From the NCBI GenBank assembly GCA_030637655.1, contig DAOWGI010000027.1, positions 40,329 through 104,328 on the forward strand: a DNA stretch of 64,000 nt, written 5' to 3'. How positions within the stretch are numbered: the first letter of the stretch is position 1; each line of letters begins with the position of its first letter. Both the position numbers and the translations under genes were made by a program. Shown in pieces: positions 28,678 to 38,229 of the stretch. This DNA is from a candidate division FCPU426 bacterium (lineage in GTDB: Bacteria > Oederibacteriota > JAAXVQ01 > JAUVAV01). The notes under the pieces are model-generated. The model saw only the letters and a program-made list of their open reading frames with translations. It did not search any database and was not told where the DNA came from.

Positions 28678-29667
28678 TCATGGGACTTCCACCCCGTCAA
28701 ACACGGATTTTACAATATCCTCTGAGGTCAATTGCTCGGCCTCGGCTTCATAAGTCACAATGATCCGGTGTCTCAGCACATCCGGTCCAATGGTTTTGAC
28801 ATCTTCCGGAGTAATAAATCCACGACCGGATAAAAAGGCGTACGCCTTGGCTGCCATGGTAAGACTAATAGTTGCTCGAGGAGAAGCGCCATAGGCTATA
28901 AGTTCGCGCATATCTTTCAAGCCTGCTTGTTCCGGTTCGCGCGTGGCAAATACCAAGTCCACGATGTAGTTTTGCATTTTTTCATCAACATAAATTTGAG
29001 CGACTATTTCACGTGCTTTGAGTATTTCTTTGGTGGATATCTTGTTTTTCACTTTTGGCATCTCACCCACGGTCATACGCTTGAGTATCTCTTTTTCCTC
29101 TTCCCGGGTGGGATAACCAATTTTCAATTTCAAAAGAAAGCGATCCACCTGGGCTTCAGGCAAAGGATAGGTCCCTTGTTGTTCAATCGGATTTTGGGTG
29201 GCCATCACCAAAAACGGTTTATCCAAAGGAAAGGTTGTATCACCAATGGTGACTTGGCGTTCTTGCATGGCCTCTAACAAAGCGCTCTGCACTTTGGCCG
29301 GTGCCCGGTTGATTTCATCGGCTAGAATCAGATTGGAAAAAATCGGACCGCGCTTAACACTAAAACCAGCACCTTTGGGATTGTAAATCATAGTTCCAAT
29401 TAAATCCGCGGGTAATAAATCCGGGGTAAATTGCAAGCGCTGAAAATCAGCGTCAATGACTTCTGACAGGGTTTTAATGATCAGTGTCTTGGCCAAACCA
29501 GGAACACCTTCCAACAAAACATGTCCATCAGCCAGCAGTCCAATCAACAGGCCGTCGACCAGAGTGTGCTGCCCTACAATAACACGGCCTATTTCCTGGC
29601 GTAATTCTTCCACAAAAACGCTTTCTTTTTTGACTTTTTCGTTCAAGGCACGAATATCTTTATTCAT
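28678..29667 (-). CDS. moxR: MoxR-family AAA+ ATPase
   Basis: Walker A GVPGLAKT, Walker B LLADEINR, overall MoxR similarity. First gene of the Bat operon. Confidence 0.85.
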   Translation of the reverse strand: MNKDIRALNEKVKKESVFVEELRQEIGRVIVGQHTLVDGLLIGLLADGHVLLEGVPGLAKTLIIKTLSEVIDADFQRLQFTPDLLPADLIGTMIYNPKGAGFSVKRGPIFSNLILADEINRAPAKVQSALLEAMQERQVTIGDTTFPLDKPFLVMATQNPIEQQGTYPLPEAQVDRFLLKLKIGYPTREEEKEILKRMTVGEMPKVKNKISTKEILKAREIVAQIYVDEKMQNYIVDLVFATREPEQAGLKDMRELIAYGASPRATISLTMAAKAYAFLSGRGFITPEDVKTIGPDVLRHRIIVTYEAEAEQLTSEDIVKSVFDGVEVP

Positions 29668-29755
29668 ACTTACTTCCCTCCCAACAATGCGATTTTTCTG
29701 TACAATAACTTATTCAAAAACATAACGCTTGTCAAGTCCTGAAGCTAAAAATAAG

Positions 29756-29920
29756 TAATATGTCAGTGAAGTGCGTAGTTAAACAAAGATTGTCATTCCC
29801 GAGGGTTTAATCGGGAATCTGGTTTTTTAAACCGTATCCCCGATACAAGCATTCGGGGATGACAGGGTGGGGGCTGCCTTCACGGATGACAAACAAAAAA
29901 ACGCTTCACTGACATGTTAC
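29756..29920. mobile_element. MITE-like repeat, family 3 copy C (inverted orientation), with TIRs gtaatatgtcagtgaag / cttcactgacatgttac
   Basis: The core is the reverse complement of the copy A/B core. The right terminus TTAC supplies the TAA stop codon (29917-29919) of the downstream NlpC/P60 gene. Confidence 0.65.
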
Positions 29921-31254
29921 AAAAATAAAATAGCCGTAATTCGCGTGCGCAAAGATCCCTTTTGACTGCCTTCTCCCAGGGAAAGGTCTGATACCAGAAC
30001 ACGCGCTACCCGTTGAATGTAATCACCTTCTGAATCACGCGCGTGAATGCCATACAGATTGTGAATCACATAGGTTCTGCCCTGGACATTTCCCAATACC
30101 AGCATAATATGCCCAGGTAGGTAGAGCAGACACCTTCCTCCTGTCAACCGGCTGAGCTGTTCCGCCTTTTGCCGGCTATTGCCGGAAAGTTGTTCTTTCG
30201 GCAATACAGCCTGCATACCCATTGTGCTCCGTGGCAACTCAAGACCGCAGGTAAGTCCGATACGCCGAATGAATTCCGAGCAATCACCGTAGCCTCCTCC
30301 TCCTCCCCAGCTATAGGCTTCACCTAACAAAATGAAGGCCTGCTCAAGTATGACACGCGCTGTGCCCGGACGTGGTCCAAAATGAAGCGCAGCTCTCTCC
30401 TTGACTGTGACCGGTATGAAATACAGCTTTCCTTGCTGATCCCGGCGGGGAAAAGCCAGTTGGTTGCCCTTTTTTTTATAGAATGCCAATTGGCAGCCCA
30501 TTCTGGCTCGATCTTCCGTTTCTTTTTTTTTCCATTGTATGAACGAGATTTCCTTACCGACAACAATGGTCTGGGATTGCCGCACCTGCTCTCGCAAAGC
30601 GCTTTTACTGACCATGACCCCTGCATCCTGTGCTTTGATCCAGCCGCGAGCAATCGTAGTAGCTACAAAAAACCATTTTTTATCCGTACTGCTGTGCAGT
30701 ATTGCCAACGGCTCGGATAAACGCAGGCCGGAAATCAACAGCATATTAAATTCCGTATCCAAGGGCTTGGTGGTAATTATTTCTTCGGTTGGAAACATAC
30801 GCAACTGCGTCCGGCGAACTGTCATTCCCCACACAACCGGATTAGACCCCTGCAGGCTTGCCAGGTTCACATTTTTTTTTATCGCTTGGTACGCCTGCTG
30901 TTGCATTGCCTGCCCTTGTTCATTAAAGCGCCCTACTCGCTGCAAATAAGAAAAATCGCTTTTTAGCCACTCGCGCAGTGTGTTGCAAGACAATTGGTCC
31001 GGCAGCACAAAAATATCAATAAAATATCGTGTATGTTTCCATTGCGCCGGCTGTTTTTGCGCCGGCTTTTTGGCAAACAACAGTTGATCCGGTTTTTCCA
31101 ACCGCTCAATCCAATACTGCGCGGTTTCCATGTTTTTTTCAACATAGGGCAGGTTGTCAGGTCCTGCCTGAATGCGGAGTTCTGTTTGTACTCCCTTTGG
31201 CAATACGACCAGAAAAAAACTAAAAAAAACGATTACCAGCTTGTTTTTGTTCAC
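29917..31254 (-). CDS. Secreted NlpC/P60 (C40) family peptidase with a large N-terminal domain
   Basis: Signal peptide. C-terminal catalytic motifs GDCSEF (Cys) and GHIMLVLG (His). Paralog of 31486-32949. Confidence 0.6.
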   Translation of the reverse strand: MNKNKLVIVFFSFFLVVLPKGVQTELRIQAGPDNLPYVEKNMETAQYWIERLEKPDQLLFAKKPAQKQPAQWKHTRYFIDIFVLPDQLSCNTLREWLKSDFSYLQRVGRFNEQGQAMQQQAYQAIKKNVNLASLQGSNPVVWGMTVRRTQLRMFPTEEIITTKPLDTEFNMLLISGLRLSEPLAILHSSTDKKWFFVATTIARGWIKAQDAGVMVSKSALREQVRQSQTIVVGKEISFIQWKKKETEDRARMGCQLAFYKKKGNQLAFPRRDQQGKLYFIPVTVKERAALHFGPRPGTARVILEQAFILLGEAYSWGGGGGYGDCSEFIRRIGLTCGLELPRSTMGMQAVLPKEQLSGNSRQKAEQLSRLTGGRCLLYLPGHIMLVLGNVQGRTYVIHNLYGIHARDSEGDYIQRVARVLVSDLSLGEGSQKGSLRTRITAILFL

Positions 31255-31364
31255 TTTTTACACCATGTCCGTTTTGAAGCTTTTGAGGAGATATTCCTGT
31301 TTTCTACATTTATAAATATAGCCTCTTAGGCACTTACAAATGAAATTCTTTCAAAAATGGAAAG

Positions 31365-31488
31365 AAAATTAACCGCCGATGAACGCAAATAAACGCAGAT
31401 ATTTATAGCCTAATGGATAAAAAAGATTTTAATTTGCGTGTATCCGCGTGTATCGGCGGCTAATTTTGGTTCCGGTTTATCCGGGTTA
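31365..31488. repeat. Copy of palindromic repeat family P (variant lacking the ctgacatgttac terminus)
   Basis: aaaattaaccgccgatgaacgcaaataaacgcagatatttatag .. gcgtgtatcggcggctaattttggttccggtttatccgggttagg. Arms match 8343-8400 and 1-40. Confidence 0.6.
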
Positions 31489-32949
31489 GGGACGCAAAAA
31501 ATTAATGGTTTTTAATCGTTCCAACAAAGATCCTTTGGTGCTTCCCTCTCCCAGGGATAAATCCGAAACCACAACTTCTCCAATAATTATTTTACGATCT
31601 TTTTTTGGTTTGTCCAACACCCGATACGCCCAAATATCATGTATCGCGTAGTATATATCTCCTTCGCTCCCAAGATAAAGCATGATATGTCCGGGAAATT
31701 GCAGCAGCACCGGATGCTTGATCTTGTTCAGTTTTGCTTGTCTTTGCCGCGTATTGTTCTTCCTGGCAAACGTATACCGGCCGCTTCCTACCCTGGCTTG
31801 GGACGACGAATTGCGAGGCAAAATAAATCCCATGGTGGCATACACATCCATTATCACTTGTGAGCAATCCCGGTACTCATTCATCCCGCCCCAAGCGTAT
31901 GGTGTGTGTAGGAGTTTGAACGCCTGTTGACATATATTACGTGGCGTATATGCCAAGTACCCTTGGTGCACATCCGCTGCTCGGGAAATATATATTTTCC
32001 GACGAATAATATCACCGTTCTTCTTTTTTTTCGGAAATCCGACAACATAATATGCTTTCGTTCTGCCCAGCAAGGGACACACGGTTCCCATATAGAGTTT
32101 CTCCGCCACTATGGTGGTGCCGGGCGCTTCAACTGCTTCCACCTTATGTCCGGTAATCACAAGAAAACGCTTAGGCTTGATATACCGCTCCAATTTTTTT
32201 GGATTGCAGTCTTCTAAAATATCACTCCGTTTTATCCAGCCACGACAATACGCGGTGACCACAAATACCCAGGCTTGATCACGACTGCTGTGCATAATGG
32301 CCAGGGGTTGCAGAGCCCTGACTGAGGAGACTTGTACAATGTCAAAATTTACATTCCAACGCTTTCCGGTGACTAAAAGCTCAGTCGGATAATATCGCAC
32401 ATTGGTTCTTCGCAGGGTGAGTCCATATCGAACCGGATTGTTTTCCTGAATGGCGTTCAGATTCAGGTTGTCATCCAAAGCGGCAAATGTTTTCTGACAA
32501 ATCGGCTCTCCTCCACTATCCCACCGCTGTTTGCGTTTGATCCGTTCGGTCTCGTCTTTGAGATAAGTATATAGTGTATACCCTTCCAATATACCCGGGC
32601 TATAGGCTGAAGGACGTTCCAAATTCCATTCCCACTCCGGATTGTCCTCTCCGGGTCGATCGACCTCCACATAGCGATAATCCCATAATTTATCCGTAAA
32701 CACATTGGTCAACAAACCCCGCGTGATATTTTTGCGATTGATTTTCCTGATTTGCTTTTTTGTGAGCAATAAGTGATCGCGAAAAATATATTTGTTTATC
32801 CAATATTCGGGCTGATCCATTTCCAAAGTACAATTAAACAACGGCAGTGTTGCCCGCTCTTGATAAGGCGGGCCTGCTGGAATCTGCAGCGAAGCGCAAC
32901 CAGACAGATTGACGAGCAAAAAGCAGAGGATAATATATTTTCGCAACAC
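31486..32949 (-). CDS. Secreted or lipoprotein NlpC/P60 (C40) family peptidase, paralog
   Basis: Signal peptide with cysteine (LSGCAS). Catalytic motifs RDCSQV and GHIMLYLG. Shares the C-terminal tail VSDLSLGEGS.KGSL with the upstream paralog. Confidence 0.6.
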   Translation of the reverse strand: MLRKYIILCFLLVNLSGCASLQIPAGPPYQERATLPLFNCTLEMDQPEYWINKYIFRDHLLLTKKQIRKINRKNITRGLLTNVFTDKLWDYRYVEVDRPGEDNPEWEWNLERPSAYSPGILEGYTLYTYLKDETERIKRKQRWDSGGEPICQKTFAALDDNLNLNAIQENNPVRYGLTLRRTNVRYYPTELLVTGKRWNVNFDIVQVSSVRALQPLAIMHSSRDQAWVFVVTAYCRGWIKRSDILEDCNPKKLERYIKPKRFLVITGHKVEAVEAPGTTIVAEKLYMGTVCPLLGRTKAYYVVGFPKKKKNGDIIRRKIYISRAADVHQGYLAYTPRNICQQAFKLLHTPYAWGGMNEYRDCSQVIMDVYATMGFILPRNSSSQARVGSGRYTFARKNNTRQRQAKLNKIKHPVLLQFPGHIMLYLGSEGDIYYAIHDIWAYRVLDKPKKDRKIIIGEVVVSDLSLGEGSTKGSLLERLKTINFLRP

Positions 32950-33129
32950 TCGGTTACTCCTTTGGCGCCGGCATCTGCAAAAAAATTTAAATAATAAATT
33001 TATTATAGCAACTTTTGTATGTTGGAGAAAATTTTTTTAACTTCCTTCCCGGTTGTCACCAGGTAAATCCCTATATTTTTCCACCCTCTGCTTACAGAAA
33101 CAATTTAGCCTTGCTCTGTCCAGTTGGTG

Positions 33130-34560
33130 TCATCCCCTCCGCAGGACATCCCGGGCTTGCCCGTGGGGCTCCCTAATATGATATTGCTTCATTTTAGTGA
33201 ATAATGTTTTGTAATCAATTTCCAACCAGCGAGCGGTTTTAACCTTGTTCCCGCCACTACGTTCCAATGCTCGCTGGATTAATTCCTTTTCTAAGTGGGA
33301 AATCACTTCGCGGGAAACTTCTTTCATTGGCCGGTTTTGCTCTAAATTCGCCTGAATGAAAAAGGCAGCTGGCCGGCTGTTGGCGGCAATTTCCTTGGAC
33401 AAATGCTCTGTACGTACGCAGTCAAAAGCAAAAATAACCGCCCGTTTAATAGTTGACTGCAATTCACTTATGTTTCCCGGCCAGGAGTACGCGCACAAGC
33501 ATGCTTCTGCTTCCGGGGACAGGGTGACTACGTTTTTCTTAAACACTTGGTTATATTTATCTAAAAAATATTTACTCAACATTCGGATATCCTCACCACG
33601 TTCCCTTAGCGACGGGACTTGCAGCGAAAACTCGTTTAGGCGATAATACAAATCCTGATGAAATTTACCCTGCTTCATCATCGTTCTCAGATCCTGCTGA
33701 CTGGCAGCAAGCAGCCGGATGTCCAACGACTTTGAAGCACGGTCTTCTTTTAATCCCATATCTTGTTCCTCTAAAAATAACGCCAATTGCGTTTGCGCTG
33801 AGTAGGATAATTGTTCAATATCCTTAATAAAAAGCGTACCCACCGTCGCTTTGGCTAATAGTCCGTTACTTTTCATAGGATAACCCGCAGCTTCGGTCAT
33901 TTCCTTGCCAAACAGTATCGCTGCTGTATCTTTTTTTGCCAACAGACTACAATCCATGCTGATAAAAGACATCTGTGATCGACTACTACTGGCATGTATC
34001 GCATGGGCTATAGACTCTTTCCCGGTTCCGCGTTCACCCAGGATGCAAACAGAAATCGGATTTTGACTCACCTGCTCTATTTGCTGACGAATATTGACTA
34101 TTGCCGGGCAGTCCCCGATGATTTGGTCCGCATCCCCTGCTTCCTGAATTTGCCGCTTCAGAGTTGTTACCTCTTGGGCCAATTTTCTGGTATGCAGAGC
34201 ATTTCTTATAGTAATCATTGCCTCGTTAATATTCACTGGTTTTAATAAGAAATCGTAGACCCCAAACCCACAGATATCACTTAAATTCTCTCGTGTGTGT
34301 GTTGAAGTAAGCATTATTATTAGGGCGCTTTGATGAACTTGCCGCACTTTAGCAATCAGAGACGTTCCGCATAAGTCCGGCATGCGCAATTCCAGTATGA
34401 CGATCTCCGGATGTTCTTGAGCCATTATTTCTAATCCGGTTTGCGCCGTACTTGCCCTAAGTGCGATTTGCCCTTCTGACTCAATCACTTTTACCAGCTG
34501 CTGGCAGCTTTCTACGTCAAAATCCAGTACTAATATTTTCAATCTTTGCTTGCTTCTCAT
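33130..34560 (-). CDS. Atypical NtrC-family regulator: receiver domain with Glu at the phospho-acceptor position, AAA+ domain lacking GAFTGA, Fis-type HTH
   Basis: REC motifs (VLDFD, LTS, KP) but ILELRMPD in place of the DxxMP Asp. Walker A GERGTGKE. GAFTGA replaced by TEAAGY, and Walker B hhhhDE replaced by FIKDIE. C-terminal HTH. No adjacent histidine kinase. Confidence 0.75.
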   Translation of the reverse strand: MRSKQRLKILVLDFDVESCQQLVKVIESEGQIALRASTAQTGLEIMAQEHPEIVILELRMPDLCGTSLIAKVRQVHQSALIIMLTSTHTRENLSDICGFGVYDFLLKPVNINEAMITIRNALHTRKLAQEVTTLKRQIQEAGDADQIIGDCPAIVNIRQQIEQVSQNPISVCILGERGTGKESIAHAIHASSSRSQMSFISMDCSLLAKKDTAAILFGKEMTEAAGYPMKSNGLLAKATVGTLFIKDIEQLSYSAQTQLALFLEEQDMGLKEDRASKSLDIRLLAASQQDLRTMMKQGKFHQDLYYRLNEFSLQVPSLRERGEDIRMLSKYFLDKYNQVFKKNVVTLSPEAEACLCAYSWPGNISELQSTIKRAVIFAFDCVRTEHLSKEIAANSRPAAFFIQANLEQNRPMKEVSREVISHLEKELIQRALERSGGNKVKTARWLEIDYKTLFTKMKQYHIREPHGQARDVLRRG

Positions 34561-34869
34561 GGCGTTTTTTTATCCTTGGATTGGAAATCAAAGCATTAGT
34601 TACTCTATTCAGAATAACCACTTATTTTTCTGTAGCTTCTTACTCTTCTTGATTACTATTAGTATGAAACCCCTGCCGCTTTCTAAAAACACCTTTGTTT
34701 TATTCGGTTTTTATTCTGTTCTCATTGTGAATCAATAATAATTGATTTTTAAACGTCCCGCACCACATACCTGGTTTGAAATAAAAATCCCACAGGCGTG
34801 CGCCTGTGGATTTTTATCAATATTTATACGTTTTGGAAAAACACTTCCCAATCTATCTGTTTTCTATTA

Positions 34870-35355
34870 TTAATCATAAGCACCTTGATCAACCTGCCAC
34901 CAGGGAAAATATAGTCTCCATCTCATTTTCGGACTCCTTAAGGCCGCTCGCAATTTTTGTCGCGGGTCTTCATTACCATGTAGATATATCGCTCTTGGTT
35001 GAATTTGATATCCCACTGTTTCTGCAGTGCGTAAATGACCTGGTTCCCAAGTCAGTGATTGTAGTCGCCTGGATCGCATTGTACCCCTCTCCGCAAAGAA
35101 TGCTTATTCTGTTTTTAAACGCCACCAGGGAAAAAAGTCTGCAATTTGCCAGTCATTGTCAACTCGCTTGACTGTACTGGATTGCTGGTAATAATCTGAT
35201 CGATGTACAGTGGTTTTTTTCCATAGAAGCGCTGGGTGTGTGCTACCTTCCGGATACCAAGCCAGACGCCCAGGTACTGTTTGGTTAATTTCTCTTGGCA
35301 TGATCATCCCCCCGTACACTTCAATAAAGCAAAATGCATGCCTGCTTTTTTCCAT
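34870..35355 (-). other. Tandem pair of small paralogous ORFs (83 aa and 69 aa) sharing a C-terminal W(R/Q)(I/L)..FPWW motif
   Basis: ORFs 35104-35355 and 34870-35079. Repeated DNA block gccaccagggaaaa..tct.ca.tt. No RBS or domain evidence. Confidence 0.2.
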
Positions 35356-35565
35356 TTTACCTTCGTCGAAAAACTTTAAATATCAATCGTTTTTTTGACT
35401 GTTCTTTTTTACAGCTAAACTTTGCTCCTGAAGTATGTAACCAATTCCACACTTCAGGAGCTTTCACTATGGAATGCACTACCCTGTTCAATATTTAGAA
35501 TTTAGAATCCGGTTATTGGCGCTAAAAACGATCGCCTAGGAGTGTGAGCAATTAGTCGGTTTTTT

Positions 35566-35791
35566 GTAATATATTAGCCGTTCGGTAGTTACGTCTACTT
35601 GCTTGAAAAGCCCTGAGGTCTGGTTCTTTTTTCAAAAAAGCGAGGTTTCAGGAAATACCACTATTATTAATAAGTTTTAACCGGCTTCGTACTATGATTA
35701 CGCTAGCTGTTCCCGATTACTATTTAATGCCGTTAGCGTTTTGAAAAAAGAACCAGACCTCAGGACTTGCACTGAACAGCTAATATATTAC
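35566..35791. repeat. 226-bp element with TIRs gtaatatattagc / gctaatatattac and an internal 29-bp inverted repeat (MITE-like or structured RNA)
   Basis: Outer 13-bp perfect inverted repeats. Inner pair ccctgaggtctggttcttttttcaaaaaag (35612-35640) / cttttttgaaaaaagaaccagacctcagg (35740-35768). Single copy in the window. Confidence 0.45.
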
Positions 35792-36016
35792 GATTTTTTT
35801 AATTTCTGAGCAATTGAGTTTTTTTATTGCTCTATTGGCCAATTGGTGAATTGTAAACACAAGTGCAACATTACGGGATTAAAAAAAGAGTCCCTTTACT
35901 CAACAAAACCTGATAGCGTGTAGGTGTGAACCAAACACTAAAACCAGGGGAGCAAAGGCACAATAAAAAAGGGCTAAGGAGTTTTGTCTCCCCAGCCCTT
36001 TTTCAATAGCTACGCC

Positions 36017-36862
36017 TTATCCCTTATGCAAACGATCCAATTTTTTCAGATCCTCGTCCCGGCCCAGGATCACCAGGGTGTCATCCTTGCCAACCTCATG
36101 ATCCGGGGTAACCAAAACATCATAATACGCTTCCTCGTGACCCACACCTTCTTTATCCAGCTCCAACTTCCTGTGTTTTAAGGCGATCACATTCACATTG
36201 AACTTATTACGCAATTTGGTCTCGCGCAGGGTTTTACCAATAATATCCGCCGGCGCCGGCACTTCCACCACAGAAATCCCTTCCGCCAACTGGAAATAAT
36301 TCAGAACTCTGACTGCTGTGAGTTCACCAACCAAGTCAATGGCAGCTTCCCTTTCCGGAAACACAACCCGGTCAGCTCCCACTTTGTCCAGAATTTTCGC
36401 ATGCAGAAGATTAGTAGCTTTGGCAATAATTTCCGGCACATCCAATTCCTTTAAGATCATCACAGCCAAAACCGAGGCCTCAATATTTTCACCGATAGAC
36501 ACGATGGCTGAATCCACGGCATCTACACCGGCAGCGTGTAAGGCTTTGACATCTGTTACATCAGCAGTAAGGGATTGGGTAACCAGATCTGACATTTCTT
36601 CAATACGTTCGGAATTGCTATCTATAGCCAATACTTCTACTTTGGCGCGAATCAACGCTTCAGCTACATTTTGCCCGAAATTACCAAGTCCCAAAACAGC
36701 AAACGAACGCCGTTTTTTAGATTCCATTCGCGTGGACAATGGCCGCACTGATTTTAACCAATCGTCAAATTTAAACCAATCCAGATCCTGTTTTACAGTA
36801 TTTTTGCCATTGGCTTTGGCACCTGCGGCTTTACCGCTCTTTTTCTTTTTGGACGCGCTCAT
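36017..36862 (-). CDS. trkA: TrkA/KtrA-type potassium uptake regulatory subunit (TrkA-N plus TrkA-C) with a Lys-rich N-terminal extension
   Basis: Rossmann motif VLGLGNFG. RCK_C domain. Overlaps the trkH stop. Confidence 0.8.
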   Translation of the reverse strand: MSASKKKKSGKAAGAKANGKNTVKQDLDWFKFDDWLKSVRPLSTRMESKKRRSFAVLGLGNFGQNVAEALIRAKVEVLAIDSNSERIEEMSDLVTQSLTADVTDVKALHAAGVDAVDSAIVSIGENIEASVLAVMILKELDVPEIIAKATNLLHAKILDKVGADRVVFPEREAAIDLVGELTAVRVLNYFQLAEGISVVEVPAPADIIGKTLRETKLRNKFNVNVIALKHRKLELDKEGVGHEEAYYDVLVTPDHEVGKDDTLVILGRDEDLKKLDRLHKG

Positions 36863-38229
36863 CCGATACTCACTCTCCCCTCAGGATATTTCACTTGTGG
36901 ATGCTGGGACTGGAAGGCTGCTGCCAGCCCCAAAGTTAATGGTCCTAAACGACCGATAAACATGGTGATTACAACCAATAGTTTTCCCGGGGTGGAAAAC
37001 AAGGCGGACAAGCTGAGATTTCCGCCATCCCCCAAGGACAAACCCACGGTCCCTATGGCTGATGCCATCTCAAATAACACCTGCCCAATACTACGATTCT
37101 CCAACAACTCTAAGGTTAGCGTTAACCCTATCAAGCTAATGCTCATAACCACAAAAATCATTAACGCTTTGAAAATCGTCTCAGCGTTTATACGGCGGTG
37201 AAAAGCAGTTACTTCATTTTTTCCGCGAAGTGTGGCCCAAATTGCCATGATAACAATCGCGAAAGTGGTGGTCTTAATCCCGCCTCCGGTTCCTCCGGGC
37301 GAGGCGCCTATAAACATCAGCGGGATCAACAGCGTCTGGGAGCGAAACGCCAACGCGCTGGTATCCTGAATATTAAAACCAGCAGTGCGAGCCACTGAAG
37401 ATAAGAAAAAAGCCTGTCCCCAATTCATCTCCGCGGTAAAATACAGCCCAATCGCTCCCAGCACGCTAAGCGCGAGGGTTGTAATTAATACAATTTTGGT
37501 ATGCACGGATATTTTCTTGCGCTTACCGCGCAGAATATAAATAAACTCATGAAACACAAAAAATCCCAGCCCGCCTAAAACAGCCAAAAACAGAATGGTT
37601 GTTATAACCACAGGATTTCCACCCTCGCCCATTAAATTGTCGGAAAACAGGCAAAAACCGGCATTGTTGAAGCCTGAGACGGCATGAAACACCCCCAGCG
37701 CCGCTGCCCTGCCAAACGTATGGTCACCTAGGAACGAAAACGTAATCACAATCGCGCCCAGCAATTCCGCTCCGAGGCTGACAAATATCACGTTGCGTAC
37801 AAAGCGTCCCATGCCTTCTGTGGTATCCAAATTCAAGGCCTGTTTGATGGTTGCTCTTTCATTTACTCCCATTTTTCTTCCCAATAATACTGCCGCGGAA
37901 GTAGCTAATATCATATACCCCAAGCCGCCCACTTTAAAAAGCAGAAGAATAACACCCTGGCCAAAAGGAGTGAACGCGGTAGCTGTATCGCGTACAATCA
38001 GCCCGGTAACGCAGACTGCCGAGGTGGCTGTAAACAAGGCATCCACCCAAGTAATGGATTGATCCTTAGGCACTGACCAGGGCAAAAGCAGCAGTAATGT
38101 TCCCAAGAGAATAATAACCGCAAAAGACAGAACCAAACGCTGCGGTGGAGAGCTGCCAAGGGTTTTTCCCCCTGCTGCCGCACGGCGCGCGGTAAATATA
38201 TCTTTTATGAATTCTTCCGTTGTTTTCAT
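36859..38229 (-). CDS. trkH: TrkH/KtrB-family potassium transporter membrane subunit
   Basis: 456 aa, polytopic. Repeated selectivity-filter-like GxG segments (GFNAG, TAGFN, TVGLSLG) typical of the Trk/Ktr/HKT family. Confidence 0.8.
   Translation of the reverse strand: MKTTEEFIKDIFTARRAAAGGKTLGSSPPQRLVLSFAVIILLGTLLLLLPWSVPKDQSITWVDALFTATSAVCVTGLIVRDTATAFTPFGQGVILLLFKVGGLGYMILATSAAVLLGRKMGVNERATIKQALNLDTTEGMGRFVRNVIFVSLGAELLGAIVITFSFLGDHTFGRAAALGVFHAVSGFNNAGFCLFSDNLMGEGGNPVVITTILFLAVLGGLGFFVFHEFIYILRGKRKKISVHTKIVLITTLALSVLGAIGLYFTAEMNWGQAFFLSSVARTAGFNIQDTSALAFRSQTLLIPLMFIGASPGGTGGGIKTTTFAIVIMAIWATLRGKNEVTAFHRRINAETIFKALMIFVVMSISLIGLTLTLELLENRSIGQVLFEMASAIGTVGLSLGDGGNLSLSALFSTPGKLLVVITMFIGRLGPLTLGLAAAFQSQHPQVKYPEGRVSIG

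Noticed and set aside
36318-37201. Plus-strand ORFs 36318-36959 and 36962-37201
   Set aside because: Antisense to trkA/trkH, which have clear family signatures.
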